Source: Cyanophyceae cyanobacterium (GTDB taxonomy: Bacteria > Cyanobacteriota > Cyanobacteriia > Cyanobacteriales > Laspinemataceae). Taken from it: 64,000 bases of DNA. Location of the stretch: positions 167,806 to 231,805 of the forward strand of contig JBBQFN010000005.1 of NCBI GenBank assembly GCA_038321985.1. The letters are read 5' to 3'. The notes under the pieces are model-generated. The model had not been told where the DNA came from, did no database searches, and saw only the letters and a list, made by a program, of their open reading frames with translations. A program made the position numbers and the translations under genes. Position 1 is the first letter of the stretch. Every line of letters starts with the position of its first letter. Below, in pieces: positions 52,337-62,524 of this stretch.

Positions 52337-52446
52337 CCACGATCGCCTTTTACTTTCATTGGTCCTTAGATGAAATTCTACATCTGGAACATGGGGAACG
52401 ACGGCGTTGGATCGCCCTAATCGCCCCATTGAAGCGGATGCCCTGA
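52300..52446 (+). CDS. DUF6760-like small protein, not in the ORF track
   Basis: MGYPLEQLYQEVATIAFYFHWSLDEILHLEHGERRRWIALIAPLKRMP; overlaps chaperone 2 in the -1 frame. Confidence 0.8.
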   Translation: MGYPLEQLYQEVATIAFYFHWSLDEILHLEHGERRRWIALIAPLKRMP

Positions 52447-52805
52447 CGGAAAATGGAACCGTGGGGGAAATAACTTGTCAATGGAGGACAGGAAGCAACA
52501 TAAAACCGGATGGAAACAAGGGTGAGCAAGAATCTAAAAATGACAGGGGTGTGATCATTACATCCTTAAAACGCGATCGCCCCTGCCCAGTCACTGTTGA
52601 AAGTGAGTCCCGGAACAGCCGCGTCATTTTCAATTTACACTCAACTGCTTACTTCAAATCACATCCGTTTCTTAAAATTCGGAAGTATGATAGCGGTAGA
52701 GCACAATTTGAGCTTAACTGTCAATTTTTTCAGCTTCTTTTCCACTTTTAGCATCTTGTTTTTAGTTGCTCATCGTTCAATTGTTGATGCGGAGGTTTTA
52801 CTATC

Positions 52806-53555
52806 ATGCGATCGCCAAAATTGATTCACTTAATGGGTATCCTGGCTGTGGTCCTGTCTCCGGCTTTGGTCACCCTTTCGGGATTCTCCTCAGCGCGCGC
52901 CCAATCTCAACCGGGGGAACTCGTTGCCCTGAACTTCCCTTCTGCACCGCGTAATATCGGCGGTCCCCGCAGTACCGCAGGGGGAGGAGTCCGAGGCAAT
53001 GCGATTGCCAGTTGTATAGAGGGCGAATCTCCCTTGACCCCCTTAATGCCGACCCATGATATTGTCAAAACGGTTACTCCAAACCCGGCATTTTTCATGT
53101 ATGTCCCGAAAAATAGCGCAACTTCTGGAGAATTTGTGATTGTTGATGGGAATGGCAATGACGTTTATTTGTCTACCTTCGAGCTATCTGATGACCCTGG
53201 GGTGGTCAAGGTCAGCCTCCCTACCAATACCAACCTAGAAATCGGCAAAGTCTATGATTGGCAGTTTAGCCTGATCTGCGATCCTTCAGACCGCCAAGCC
53301 GATGTCTTCGTACAGGGTCAAATCCAACCGACCGAACTCACTGAGGAAATGCAAACTCAATTGAATCAGGCACAGCCTCTGGAACAGGTGCAACTGTATG
53401 TTGACCAAAGCTTATGGAACGAAGCGGTCAGTATCTTAGCTCGATTTCGGACTTCTAATCCAACTGAGTGGCAAGGGCTGCTAAAATATGTCGGTTTAGG
53501 AAATATTGCTTCAGAACCTCTGCCTATCCAAACGATTGGAACCTCGCAGAATTAA
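52806..53555 (+). CDS. DUF928 domain exported protein
   Basis: Signal peptide, TAGGGVRG..C, P.FFMYVP, LEIGK.Y.W.FSLIC, W..LL..VGL. Confidence 0.85.
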   Translation: MRSPKLIHLMGILAVVLSPALVTLSGFSSARAQSQPGELVALNFPSAPRNIGGPRSTAGGGVRGNAIASCIEGESPLTPLMPTHDIVKTVTPNPAFFMYVPKNSATSGEFVIVDGNGNDVYLSTFELSDDPGVVKVSLPTNTNLEIGKVYDWQFSLICDPSDRQADVFVQGQIQPTELTEEMQTQLNQAQPLEQVQLYVDQSLWNEAVSILARFRTSNPTEWQGLLKYVGLGNIASEPLPIQTIGTSQN

Positions 53556-53574
53556 CATAACTAAGGAATAAGCC

Positions 53575-55824
53575 GTGATGTGGAATCAATTAAAACGGCA
53601 AGTTTGGGAATGGCGCGGGGTCTGGATTGCTGCTCCGTCAGTCACGGTAGCAGTGATCCTCCTACGCTTTATTGGTGTACTCCAGCCTTGGGAATGGGCC
53701 GTTTACGATCTTTATATGAGGGCGCGACCCTCTGAACCTCCAGACAGCCGAATTGCCATTGTCGGGATTAATGAAGCTGACCTGCGCGAGTTGGGACAAG
53801 CGATCATTCCCGATCGCGTTTATGCGGCAGCCATTGAAAACCTCAAAGCCATGAATCCTCGGGCGATCGGTTTAGATATCTATCGGGATCAACCCGTCGA
53901 ACCGGGTCATTCAGCACTACGTCAGGTCTTTGAATCTACGCCGAATCTGGTGGGAATTCAAAAAGTGATCGGGGACCGCGATCGAGACACCATTGCACCC
54001 CCTCCAGGCCTACAATATGCCGGTTCCAATGACATGATTTTGGATGAAGATCAGGTCAAGCGCCGGGGGTTAGTGATGGTGAGTGATGAAGAAGAAAACA
54101 TCATCCCGAGTTTTAGTTTATATCTAGCCGGTCTCTATCTCGATGCCGAAGGAATTGCCCCGGAAGCCATTGATGGGAGCGAATCCTGGAAATTTGGAAA
54201 CCAAGTTTTCTCTCGTTTTCAACCCAACGATGGTGGTTACGTTGGCGCAGATAATGGGGGCTATCAGGTCCTGTTAAACTATGGGGGTTCCAGCAGGCAT
54301 TTTGAGACGGTTTCCCTGATGGATATCCTCAGAAATCGAGTCCCCCAAGACTGGGGACGCGATCGGATTATCTTGATTGGAGCTGTTGGCGAAAGCTACC
54401 AAGACTTATTTTTCACCCCCTACACCAAGGAAGCCGGGAACCGGATGGCAGGGGTGGAAGTTCACGCCAATCTCATCAGCCAGATGATTAGTGCTGCCCT
54501 CGACGATCGCCCGGTGATTAAAACCATCGCCGAACCTTACGAATGGCTGTGGATTTTCCTCTGGGGAAGTTTGGGAGCATTTTTTATCTGGAAATGGCGC
54601 TATGTAGGGGGCGCAGGATGGCTCTCCCTCCAGCGCACATCAGCAGCCATTTTGTCCGCTGCCGCCCTGGTAGGAATCACTTATGGCGCATTTGTATTGG
54701 GGTGGTGGATTCCTGTGGTGCCTCCCGCTTTGGCCTTACTCGCTTCCGCTACGGCGATCGTCGCTTATGTTGCCCGCACTGCCGGAGATATTCGCAAAAC
54801 CTTTGGCCGGTATCTCACGGATCAAGTCGTTGCCAATTTATTAGAAAATCCGGAAGGATTAAAAATGGGCGGGGAACGGCGTAAACTGACAATTTTCACT
54901 TCAGATTTACGCGGATTTACCGCACTTTCTGAACGATTGCCCCCAGAAGAAGTGGTAAAAATTCTCAATTTTTATCTGGGATATATGGCCGATGTAATTA
55001 CCTCTTACCAGGGAACTATTGATGAGTTTATGGGAGATGGCATCTTAGTGCTATTTGGTGCACCAACCTCTCGACCGGATGATGCAACCCGGGCGATCGC
55101 CTGCGGAATTTCCATGCAGTTAGCCATGCGTCATGTCAATGCTAAAGTGGTGGAATGGGGATTGCCTGAACTGGAAATGGGAATTGGCATCAATACCGGG
55201 GAAGTCGTCCTCGGCAATATCGGTTCCGAAAAACGCACCAAGTACGGAGTCGTCGGCAGTCAAGTCAATTTAACCTACCGGATTGAATCTTATACAACGG
55301 GAGGGCAAATTCTGATTTCTGAGCAGACTCTCTTGGATGCCGGAGGTGAGGAGGTTGTCCAAATTCAGGGTAAACGGGAGGTGATGCCGAAAGGGGTGAA
55401 AGAGCCGCTCATGATTTACGATGTAAGTGGGATTAAAGAACCTTATAAAATCTCCCTGTCCAGGGAAGAAGAGGTATTTTTGACCCTGAGCGAAAAAATC
55501 CCCATTCAATATACCATGTTGGAAGGAAAGCACATCAGCGAAACCCGCCTCCTTGGGCATTTAGTCCAGCTTTCAGCCAAAGGCGCTCAAGTGAGAACCG
55601 AACCGGGAGAGGGAGATATTATCCCCCTCGGATTGAGCAATCTCAAGCTTAATTTATTGGAGGCTAACTCCCCAGAAAGCCGGGAAGATATTTATGCGAA
55701 AGTCCTGGAAGAACCAGCCGCTGAACCCTATTGCTTTTACATTAAGTTTACAGCAAAACCTCCGGCAGTGGCAGCTTACTTTGACCAAATGTATAAATCG
55801 ATTCACACAGTTGCCCCGTCATAA
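53575..55824 (+). CDS. CHASE2-domain class III adenylate/guanylate cyclase
   Basis: CHASE2 (IVGI.E.D, AIGLDIYRD, GVEVHAN), three TMs, FTSDLRGFT, DEFMGDG, GIGINTG, YGVVGSQVNLTYRIE. Confidence 0.92.
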   Translation: MMWNQLKRQVWEWRGVWIAAPSVTVAVILLRFIGVLQPWEWAVYDLYMRARPSEPPDSRIAIVGINEADLRELGQAIIPDRVYAAAIENLKAMNPRAIGLDIYRDQPVEPGHSALRQVFESTPNLVGIQKVIGDRDRDTIAPPPGLQYAGSNDMILDEDQVKRRGLVMVSDEEENIIPSFSLYLAGLYLDAEGIAPEAIDGSESWKFGNQVFSRFQPNDGGYVGADNGGYQVLLNYGGSSRHFETVSLMDILRNRVPQDWGRDRIILIGAVGESYQDLFFTPYTKEAGNRMAGVEVHANLISQMISAALDDRPVIKTIAEPYEWLWIFLWGSLGAFFIWKWRYVGGAGWLSLQRTSAAILSAAALVGITYGAFVLGWWIPVVPPALALLASATAIVAYVARTAGDIRKTFGRYLTDQVVANLLENPEGLKMGGERRKLTIFTSDLRGFTALSERLPPEEVVKILNFYLGYMADVITSYQGTIDEFMGDGILVLFGAPTSRPDDATRAIACGISMQLAMRHVNAKVVEWGLPELEMGIGINTGEVVLGNIGSEKRTKYGVVGSQVNLTYRIESYTTGGQILISEQTLLDAGGEEVVQIQGKREVMPKGVKEPLMIYDVSGIKEPYKISLSREEEVFLTLSEKIPIQYTMLEGKHISETRLLGHLVQLSAKGAQVRTEPGEGDIIPLGLSNLKLNLLEANSPESREDIYAKVLEEPAAEPYCFYIKFTAKPPAVAAYFDQMYKSIHTVAPS

Positions 55825-55898
55825 GTGAGGGTTTTATTGCCTTTTCAAAATTTGAGGGCGATCACCATTGTTTAACTGACATTAGAGGAAGAAGTCTT

Positions 55899-56699
55899 AT
55901 GAAATTAACCTTTTTAGGTTCCGGCTCGGCTTTCACCCTAGGAGCGAATAATTATCAATCGAATGTCCTGTTAGAGAGCGATCGCGGAACTAAACTTTTA
56001 ATTGATTGTGGTTCTGATATTCGCTTTTCTCTGCACGAAGCGGGATATTCCCATCTGGATATCACCGCTATTTACATCAGCCATTTGCATTCGGATCATG
56101 CTGGAGGATTAGAATATATTTCCTTTACCACCAAATTTGACCCCCGATGTGAACGGCCCCGCCTTTATATCAGTAAAGAAATAGCCGGGGACCTGTGGCA
56201 AAATACCCTATCCGGGGGCCTCCGCTCTATCCAAGGCGATGTCACAGAACTAGAGACGTTTTTTGAGGTCAAAAAAGTTCCCCGCAATGGACACTTTATC
56301 TGGGAAAATATCCAATTTAATCTCGTCAAAGTCATCCATATTAATAATGGATACTTTATCATGCCCAGCTATGGATTGTTCTTTGAACTGGAAGGAAAGC
56401 AAATCTTTTTCAGCACGGACACCCAATTATGTCAGGAAGAAATCTGGGAATATTACCAGCAAGCTGACCTGATTTTCCAGGATTGCGAAACTGCTCAATT
56501 CCCTACAACAGTTCACGCTCACTACCAGGAATTAGCCGCCTTACCCGACCCCATCAAAAATAAAATGTGGTTGTATGGATATCAACCGGGAGCTCTTCCT
56601 GATGCCAAACAAGATGGATTCCTAGGCTTTGTCCAACGGGGACAGACCTTTGAATTTGCTACAACTTCGCTCACCGTAGATACAACAGTCACAGTTTGA
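55899..56699 (+). CDS. MBL-fold metallo-hydrolase (RNase Z / cNMP phosphodiesterase-like)
   Basis: FLGSGSAF, LLIDCG, ISHLHSDHAGG, FSTDT, QDCET, VHAH. Confidence 0.85.
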   Translation: MKLTFLGSGSAFTLGANNYQSNVLLESDRGTKLLIDCGSDIRFSLHEAGYSHLDITAIYISHLHSDHAGGLEYISFTTKFDPRCERPRLYISKEIAGDLWQNTLSGGLRSIQGDVTELETFFEVKKVPRNGHFIWENIQFNLVKVIHINNGYFIMPSYGLFFELEGKQIFFSTDTQLCQEEIWEYYQQADLIFQDCETAQFPTTVHAHYQELAALPDPIKNKMWLYGYQPGALPDAKQDGFLGFVQRGQTFEFATTSLTVDTTVTV

Positions 56700-57270
56700 T
56701 TCTCGGGACTTAAATCAGCCCACTTGGATAATTCTGAAGCAATCCCCCCAATATTCTTTAGCAACTGGAACTTTTTAAACGGGTGCTCATTCTTTTTATT
56801 CCAACTGGGGGGAAAAAAAACTAAAAATTACTTTAAATTTGGGCCCAACTCTAGTTCGTTCTATCTATCAAAACGCTTTGACGAACCCTCCTAGAATTTA
56901 GGGGACCTACAAGGAACCACCGCAGACTAACGAAGGGACGCTCCACATTCTCCGGAATCTGGGTCAATTTTCCGATTATTGTAGAAGAATGGGAGAAAAA
57001 TGGGAAAAAATGGGACTGGCTTCAGGCTCAAGAGACCAATCGCGTCTAAACATTCTTAGAAGCAGGACCCGAGGGCGATCTCGCACACAGGATCCACTTT
57101 TTGACCGGACTCCAGGTCAACCAGGGGCTAGAGAGAAGCCTCAAAAAACCCCCCAGTCAGAAGAAAATTTATTAAAATAACCCGCGTCATTAGAGCAACC
57201 TAAACTCCTGGTTTAGCATCTTTTTCCTAACCTATAGTAAACTAGCGATTGTTCGCTCGATCCAGGTTCA

Positions 57271-58731
57271 ATGAACGAAGCGTTAAAAAGAATAGTAGCA
57301 CAATCCCTTTCCTGGTTTACTGCCCCAATTCCCATCGGCAATTATTCAGTTTCAATCAGTGCAATATTGCAATTGATTATTTGGGTAATTATTGTTCTAT
57401 TCCTATCCCGCACGCTCAAAAAATTTCTAAAATATCGGCTTCTTATCAGGTTGGGAATTGACGAAGGAAACCGGGAAGCAATGGCAACCATTATCAGCTA
57501 TAGCTGTTTCATGCTAGGTCTGATCATTGTCCTGCAAAGTACCGGCTTTAACCTGGCTTCCCTCGTCGTCATCGCTGGTGGTTTAGGGGTGGGGATTGGT
57601 TTCGGGCTTCAGGAAATGACCCGAAACTTTATCAGCGGGCTAACTTTACTGATTGAACGAAAACTCAAAGTTGGGGATTTTATAGAATTTGATGGAATGT
57701 CAGGGTATGTCAAAGAAGTATCCCTGCGATCGACCTTAATCCGAACCCGAGACGGAGGTGATGTAGTCGTTCCCAATAGTAAACTTGTAGAAAATATAGT
57801 TCTAAATTGGAGTTACGATTCTTATCATGCTCGGATTCAACTACCCGTGGGAGTTGCCTATAATAGCGATACAGTTTTAGTGACTGAAACTCTTTTGAAT
57901 GCGGCTTATATGGAACCGGCAGTGTTACATGAGCCCCCTCCGAAAGTGATGTTTAAAGACTTTGGAGATAATGCGCTCAACTTTGAACTGTGGGTTTGGG
58001 TCAACCGAATTGATCGTGAACCGTTTATTAGGAGTTCTTTAAACTTTATTATCGAGTACCACCTGCGCCAAAACCATATCGTGATCCCCTTTCCTCAGCG
58101 GGATTTATGGATTAGGAATGGAGAAGACTTAAGCCTCCTAGCGAGAAAAAGTTTCCAAAAAAATGGTAATGCTTCCGAGTTACCCCAGGATTTGGTAGCG
58201 GTTGCTACCTCTTCTAAACCTTTATCCCTCAAAGATTTGCTGCGGGAGGTGAGTTACTTTCAAAACTTTACAGACATAGAATTAAGGCAACTCATCGAAA
58301 TAGGCCATCGCAAACGCTTGTATCCCTCGCAGTTTTTATTTCATGAAGGGGACTCCGGAGATGCGTTTTATATCGTGTTATCGGGTTCTGTGGAAGTTTT
58401 TGTGGAAAAAATTAATAAACATCTAACCACCCTGCCAGCGGGTAAGTTTTTTGGGGAACTATCTTTAATGTTGGGAATTCCGCGCACCGCATCTGTGCGA
58501 GCGTTAGAAGAAACTATTCTCTTTACAATTCATCATAATGCGTTTGAAAATATATTGCGAGAGCATCCGGAGTTAGCCGAAGAAATTGTTCAGGAATTAT
58601 GTAAACATCAAGAAGAATTAGTACAGCGGCAACAACAATTACGAACCATGGGATTGTTAGATGCCACTGAAGATGATAAAAATCCGGTAGTTTGGGTGAG
58701 AAAGCGGCTCAAAAATCTATTTAATCTGTAA
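57271..58731 (+). CDS. MscS-family channel with C-terminal cyclic-nucleotide-binding domain
   Basis: GGLGVGIGFGLQ, VPNSKL, IPFPQRDL; cNMP domain EGDSGDAFYIVLSG.V, FFGELSL....RTASVRA. Confidence 0.9.
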   Translation: MNEALKRIVAQSLSWFTAPIPIGNYSVSISAILQLIIWVIIVLFLSRTLKKFLKYRLLIRLGIDEGNREAMATIISYSCFMLGLIIVLQSTGFNLASLVVIAGGLGVGIGFGLQEMTRNFISGLTLLIERKLKVGDFIEFDGMSGYVKEVSLRSTLIRTRDGGDVVVPNSKLVENIVLNWSYDSYHARIQLPVGVAYNSDTVLVTETLLNAAYMEPAVLHEPPPKVMFKDFGDNALNFELWVWVNRIDREPFIRSSLNFIIEYHLRQNHIVIPFPQRDLWIRNGEDLSLLARKSFQKNGNASELPQDLVAVATSSKPLSLKDLLREVSYFQNFTDIELRQLIEIGHRKRLYPSQFLFHEGDSGDAFYIVLSGSVEVFVEKINKHLTTLPAGKFFGELSLMLGIPRTASVRALEETILFTIHHNAFENILREHPELAEEIVQELCKHQEELVQRQQQLRTMGLLDATEDDKNPVVWVRKRLKNLFNL

Positions 58732-59011
58732 TTTTAGGGGTACTATGGTGTGTAGTTGCCTCGGGGTCTCCCTCCAATGGCGATCGCCGAAGCTACCCTT
58801 GTAAACAGCCTAAAACCTAAAACTTCGGCCTAAATTCAACAAGCCTGAGAATGTTTCTTTCGAGAAATGACTCTTTCCCTAGGTAGAGACTGGGGCACTC
58901 TACGTCGAAAGACTGAGGCCAAATCTTTACAATACCTTTATTAAAAGAGGAGTAGACCGGGGAGACACCCGTGAATAAATTGCGTATAATTAGAATGGAG
59001 TTTACTGGGTT

Positions 59012-59281
59012 ATGGAAGAAAAAATGACTTGGCCCACCTGCGTGAGTTCAATGAATAAAAAACAGGAATCCAAGCCGAACGGAACGACGGTGCAATTGGC
59101 GGAACTCGTCCTGGAGCTCTATGCTGCGGGATGGACGCAACAGCAAGTCTTCGGCCAGTATCCTCAGATTACCCCAGACCTCGTAACAAAGGTCTTTTCC
59201 TTAGCCGCCCTCTTGTGTGCTAGAGAAGAGGTCCTGTCTCAAGTTTCTCTATCCCCCGAGTCTAGATTATTAAAGGCATAA
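59012..59281 (+). CDS. DUF433-like small protein, degenerate
   Basis: VLEL.AAGWT......QYPQIT pattern. Confidence 0.55.
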   Translation: MEEKMTWPTCVSSMNKKQESKPNGTTVQLAELVLELYAAGWTQQQVFGQYPQITPDLVTKVFSLAALLCAREEVLSQVSLSPESRLLKA

Positions 59282-59487
59282 GCAATCCTTAACGGCTCAC
59301 TTCTCAAATTTGGGCTTGACAAGGCTTAATTATGGGTTATTGCTAAATCATTTCCTCGGAACACAGAGCGATGGCTCCTCACCTATGTTAAGTCATAAAA
59401 TGACCACTTTGAACGGGCTAAAAATAGGGCGATCGCCCCATAAAAAAATAACGAGGTGGGGCTTCAAGCGCCCCGTCATTATTTAAC

Positions 59488-61059
59488 TTATCGGACTGTA
59501 GCAAGGGGCTGGGACTGCTGATTAATGGGAGCTGATAACGCTGATTCTAACTCCGCACAGCCTAATCGTTCTTCTAAAATTCGCATCACTTCCCGCCCGA
59601 AATCATTGGGATTGCGATGCCATGCTTCCAAACAAACCTCACCAAAGAACGACCCTAGGGGTTCGGGATTCCACAGTAACTTACGGGCTGTCCAAGGCAT
59701 CAAGCTCATGGGGTCATAACCGGGTTTAATAATATTTTCTTTGAACGCATACTCTTCTAGATGGGTATGAGGTTGTAAACCGATAAAAAAGATAGCCGGT
59801 TCAACCTTATCTTCCCCAAAAATTCGTTCGAGTTCGCGATGATACGCTAAGGTTTGACGGATTGTTTCAAAAGTTTCGTCAATGACATTAAACGAATAAT
59901 TAACCGAAACCAAATCATTAAACCCAGCTGCCTTCAAGTCGCGACAGTTTTCTAGGACTACCCGGAGGTTGTAACCCATCCGCATCTTCCGTACCAGTTC
60001 TTGGGAACCGCTGGTAATCCCAATTTCAAAATAATTCATCCCGGTTTTAACCATCAAATCGCATAATTCCGGGGTAAGATTGTCAGCGCGAATATAGGCG
60101 GCCCAATGGATATCCTCCATTCCAGCATTCTGAATTTTCTGGAGTAACTCCACTGCATCATTGATATAACGACGCGCTGGAATAAATTGAGCATCGGTAA
60201 ACCAAAAGTTGCGGATGCCGCGATCGTAGAGTTGCCGCATTTCGGCCACCACTTCATCTGCGGGATTAATCCGAACCTGCTTCCCTTCAATCACCGTATA
60301 AATGCAGTAACAACAGTTATGGGGACAACCGCGTTTAGTTTGGACGCCAATATAAAAATCTTGGTCTTGCAGATAGTATTGAAACTCAGGCCATAAGCGT
60401 TCTATATAGTCATAATCACAAGCCGTTTTCTCAATTTCTGTAGGGTTTTCGTGGATCATGCGATCGCGCGGCGTCGTTTCCCCGACCACATAACAGCGTT
60501 CCTCCAGAAAATCCTGGCCCCGCAGGTATTTTTCCAGTAAAGTTTCCCCTTCGCCAACGGAGATAATCGTGCCTTTGGGTAAGCTTCGACCGAGTTGTTC
60601 GTAAAAAACGCTGACGGCACCGCCGCCAACCACTGCCCGCGCTTCAGGATGATAGATTTGGGCGCGTTTGAGTCCCCGCTTCACTAACCCCAGATTGCGC
60701 CAGAGTTCGCCATAATAGGCGGTTGTGATTCGCAACCCCCCGAGTGCCCCTCGGAGTTTAATCAAGGGATTACGTGCATAGTAAAACTCAAAAGCGTTTT
60801 GGAGAGGATTGCCCCCTCGTCCGCCTACAGGGGCGTAAATCTGAATATCTCGCCAGGAGAAAACCAGTAACGTCGGTTTAAAGTTATCAACACAGGCATC
60901 GAGGGACTGGGCAAAGTCAAGGGGGGGCACTGTTCCCAGGTCAAAAATCTGCTGTTCGACCTCGGGAAACAGCTTGTGGACAAAATCGGCCAAGTAAACG
61001 ACACCGATCGGGAAGATGGGATTGCAGGGAAGGCGAACGTAGAGGATACGATTTTCCAT
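59488..61059 (-). CDS. B12-binding radical SAM protein (photosystem II high-light acclimation type)
   Basis: RLPCNPIFPIG N-terminus, KRGCPHNCCYC (CxxxCxxC), WFTDAQF. Confidence 0.88.
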   Translation of the reverse strand: MENRILYVRLPCNPIFPIGVVYLADFVHKLFPEVEQQIFDLGTVPPLDFAQSLDACVDNFKPTLLVFSWRDIQIYAPVGGRGGNPLQNAFEFYYARNPLIKLRGALGGLRITTAYYGELWRNLGLVKRGLKRAQIYHPEARAVVGGGAVSVFYEQLGRSLPKGTIISVGEGETLLEKYLRGQDFLEERCYVVGETTPRDRMIHENPTEIEKTACDYDYIERLWPEFQYYLQDQDFYIGVQTKRGCPHNCCYCIYTVIEGKQVRINPADEVVAEMRQLYDRGIRNFWFTDAQFIPARRYINDAVELLQKIQNAGMEDIHWAAYIRADNLTPELCDLMVKTGMNYFEIGITSGSQELVRKMRMGYNLRVVLENCRDLKAAGFNDLVSVNYSFNVIDETFETIRQTLAYHRELERIFGEDKVEPAIFFIGLQPHTHLEEYAFKENIIKPGYDPMSLMPWTARKLLWNPEPLGSFFGEVCLEAWHRNPNDFGREVMRILEERLGCAELESALSAPINQQSQPLATVR

Positions 61060-61278
61060 CTCGGGTAGAGGCTAATAGTTTTCTGAAAGGGCAGTTTATA
61101 TAACTTAATCATATCATCCCCCCTAGGAATCTGCATGACGAAGGGCCTAATTCTAGTCCCCGAATGCTCCCTCAGTCCAGGTCCCGGATTGAGCCCGAGG
61201 AAAACCCGAAATCATCGATGATAAGGGGGATCGATAGGTTTCATCAGCTTATCTTAACCCAACCCTTTTCTACTTTTA

Positions 61279-62250
61279 TAGCAGTCGCCAGTCGAGTTAG
61301 GACGCAAAATAAAAGGAGTTGCCAAAATTCGAGATTAACCTACCCATGTCTAATTCTTACAGCTACGACTTACCGCTCAAGGTCATAGAGGCCATTGAAC
61401 TCAACGGGATGAAGAAGAGTGAAGTCAGTGAACTTTTTGGAATTAGCCGCTTTTGCGATCAATTTGTGGCTCAAGCGTAAAGAGGAAACCGGAGACTTCT
61501 GCGCCAAGACCTATAGTCCCTGGGGCCATAGTCATAGCATAACGGACTGGGCCAAGTTTCGAGCTTTTGCCGAAGAAAATGCGGAATTAACTCAATCTCC
61601 GATGGCTGAGTTATGGGACGGTGGAATTAGTGAAAGAACCATAAGTAGGGCGCTCAAAAGAATTGGATTTACCCGCAAAAAAAACTTATGGATACCGAGA
61701 GCGCGATGAAGTAAAACGGGCAGAGTTTGCTCTGAAACTGGCCTCAGTCAAACCCGGTGAGCTTGTCTATGCTGATGAAGCTAGTATGGATAGCCGTGAC
61801 GATTACAGCTATGGCTACAGTCTTCAAGGAGAACGACTATATGCTCTCAAGTCAGGACGACGCCAAGGGCGGATAAATATGATTGCAGCTTTGTGTAATG
61901 GAGAATTATTGGCTCCTTTTACTATAGAAGGAGCCTGTAATCGAAATGTATTTGAACTGTGGCTCTTAAACTGCCTCATCCCAAATTTGAAACCGGGACA
62001 GAAATTGATAATTGATAATGCGACTTTTCATAAAGGGGGAGGTATTGAGCAGATGGTACATGAAGCTGGATCTGAAGTTTGGTATCTACCCGCTCCCAGC
62101 TCCAGACTTCAATAAAATTGAGCGATGTTGGTCTGGGCTCAAAAGCCGCATTCGACACCAACTCAAAGATTTTGACACCTTACGAGAGGCCATAGAAAAT
62201 GTTCTTCACTTAGCTTGCGTCTAATGTCCTAACTGGACTGGCGACTGCTA
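61279..62250 (+). mobile_element. IS630-family element, degenerate
   Basis: 25-bp IRs TAGCAGTCGCCAGTCGAGTTAGGAC / GTCCTAACTGGACTGGCGACTGCTA, flanked by TA. Confidence 0.92.
61346..62224 (+). pseudogene. IS630 transposase
   Basis: YSYDL N-terminus, HTH, A8 slippery site near 61677, YADEA, IIDNATFHK, PDFNKIE; extra frameshifts near 61450 and 62095. Confidence 0.88.
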
Positions 62251-62524
62251 TACTTCTGATGATAGCATTTCTACTTCCCCGCGTCATTTCAAAGTCGAGC
62301 TGGTATTTCTGCCCGTAAATATTGCGGTTAGTTGGGATAGCGTCTTCAGCTTTGAGAGCTTGACGCAGAGCGACCCGTAGTTCTTCAGCTTCTTCTAGCC
62401 CAATGCCTAGGGCAGATTGAAACACAACGGCTTTATGGCAACCTTCAGAGTGATTTGGATTAAGTGAATAGCCCTCTAATTTTTCAAACGGAATCAGTGC
62501 TTGCTCAGGATTCGGCAGTTTCAC
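62251..62524 (-). pseudogene. DUF6883-like protein truncated by IS630
   Basis: MKLPN...A.I..EKL..Y.LN..H..G.HKA.VF..ALG; frame runs into the IS630 IR. Confidence 0.65.

Noticed and set aside
47419..52446. Prophage or type VI secretion system
   Set aside because: No capsid, portal, terminase, integrase or lysis genes; a single-chain sheath and no TssB/C, TssJLM or ClpV. DUF4255, the AAA ATPase and DUF4157 point to eCIS.
52549..52564. CRP site upstream of the cyclase module
   Set aside because: Only the TGTGA half-site is present; no TCACA at the N6 spacing.
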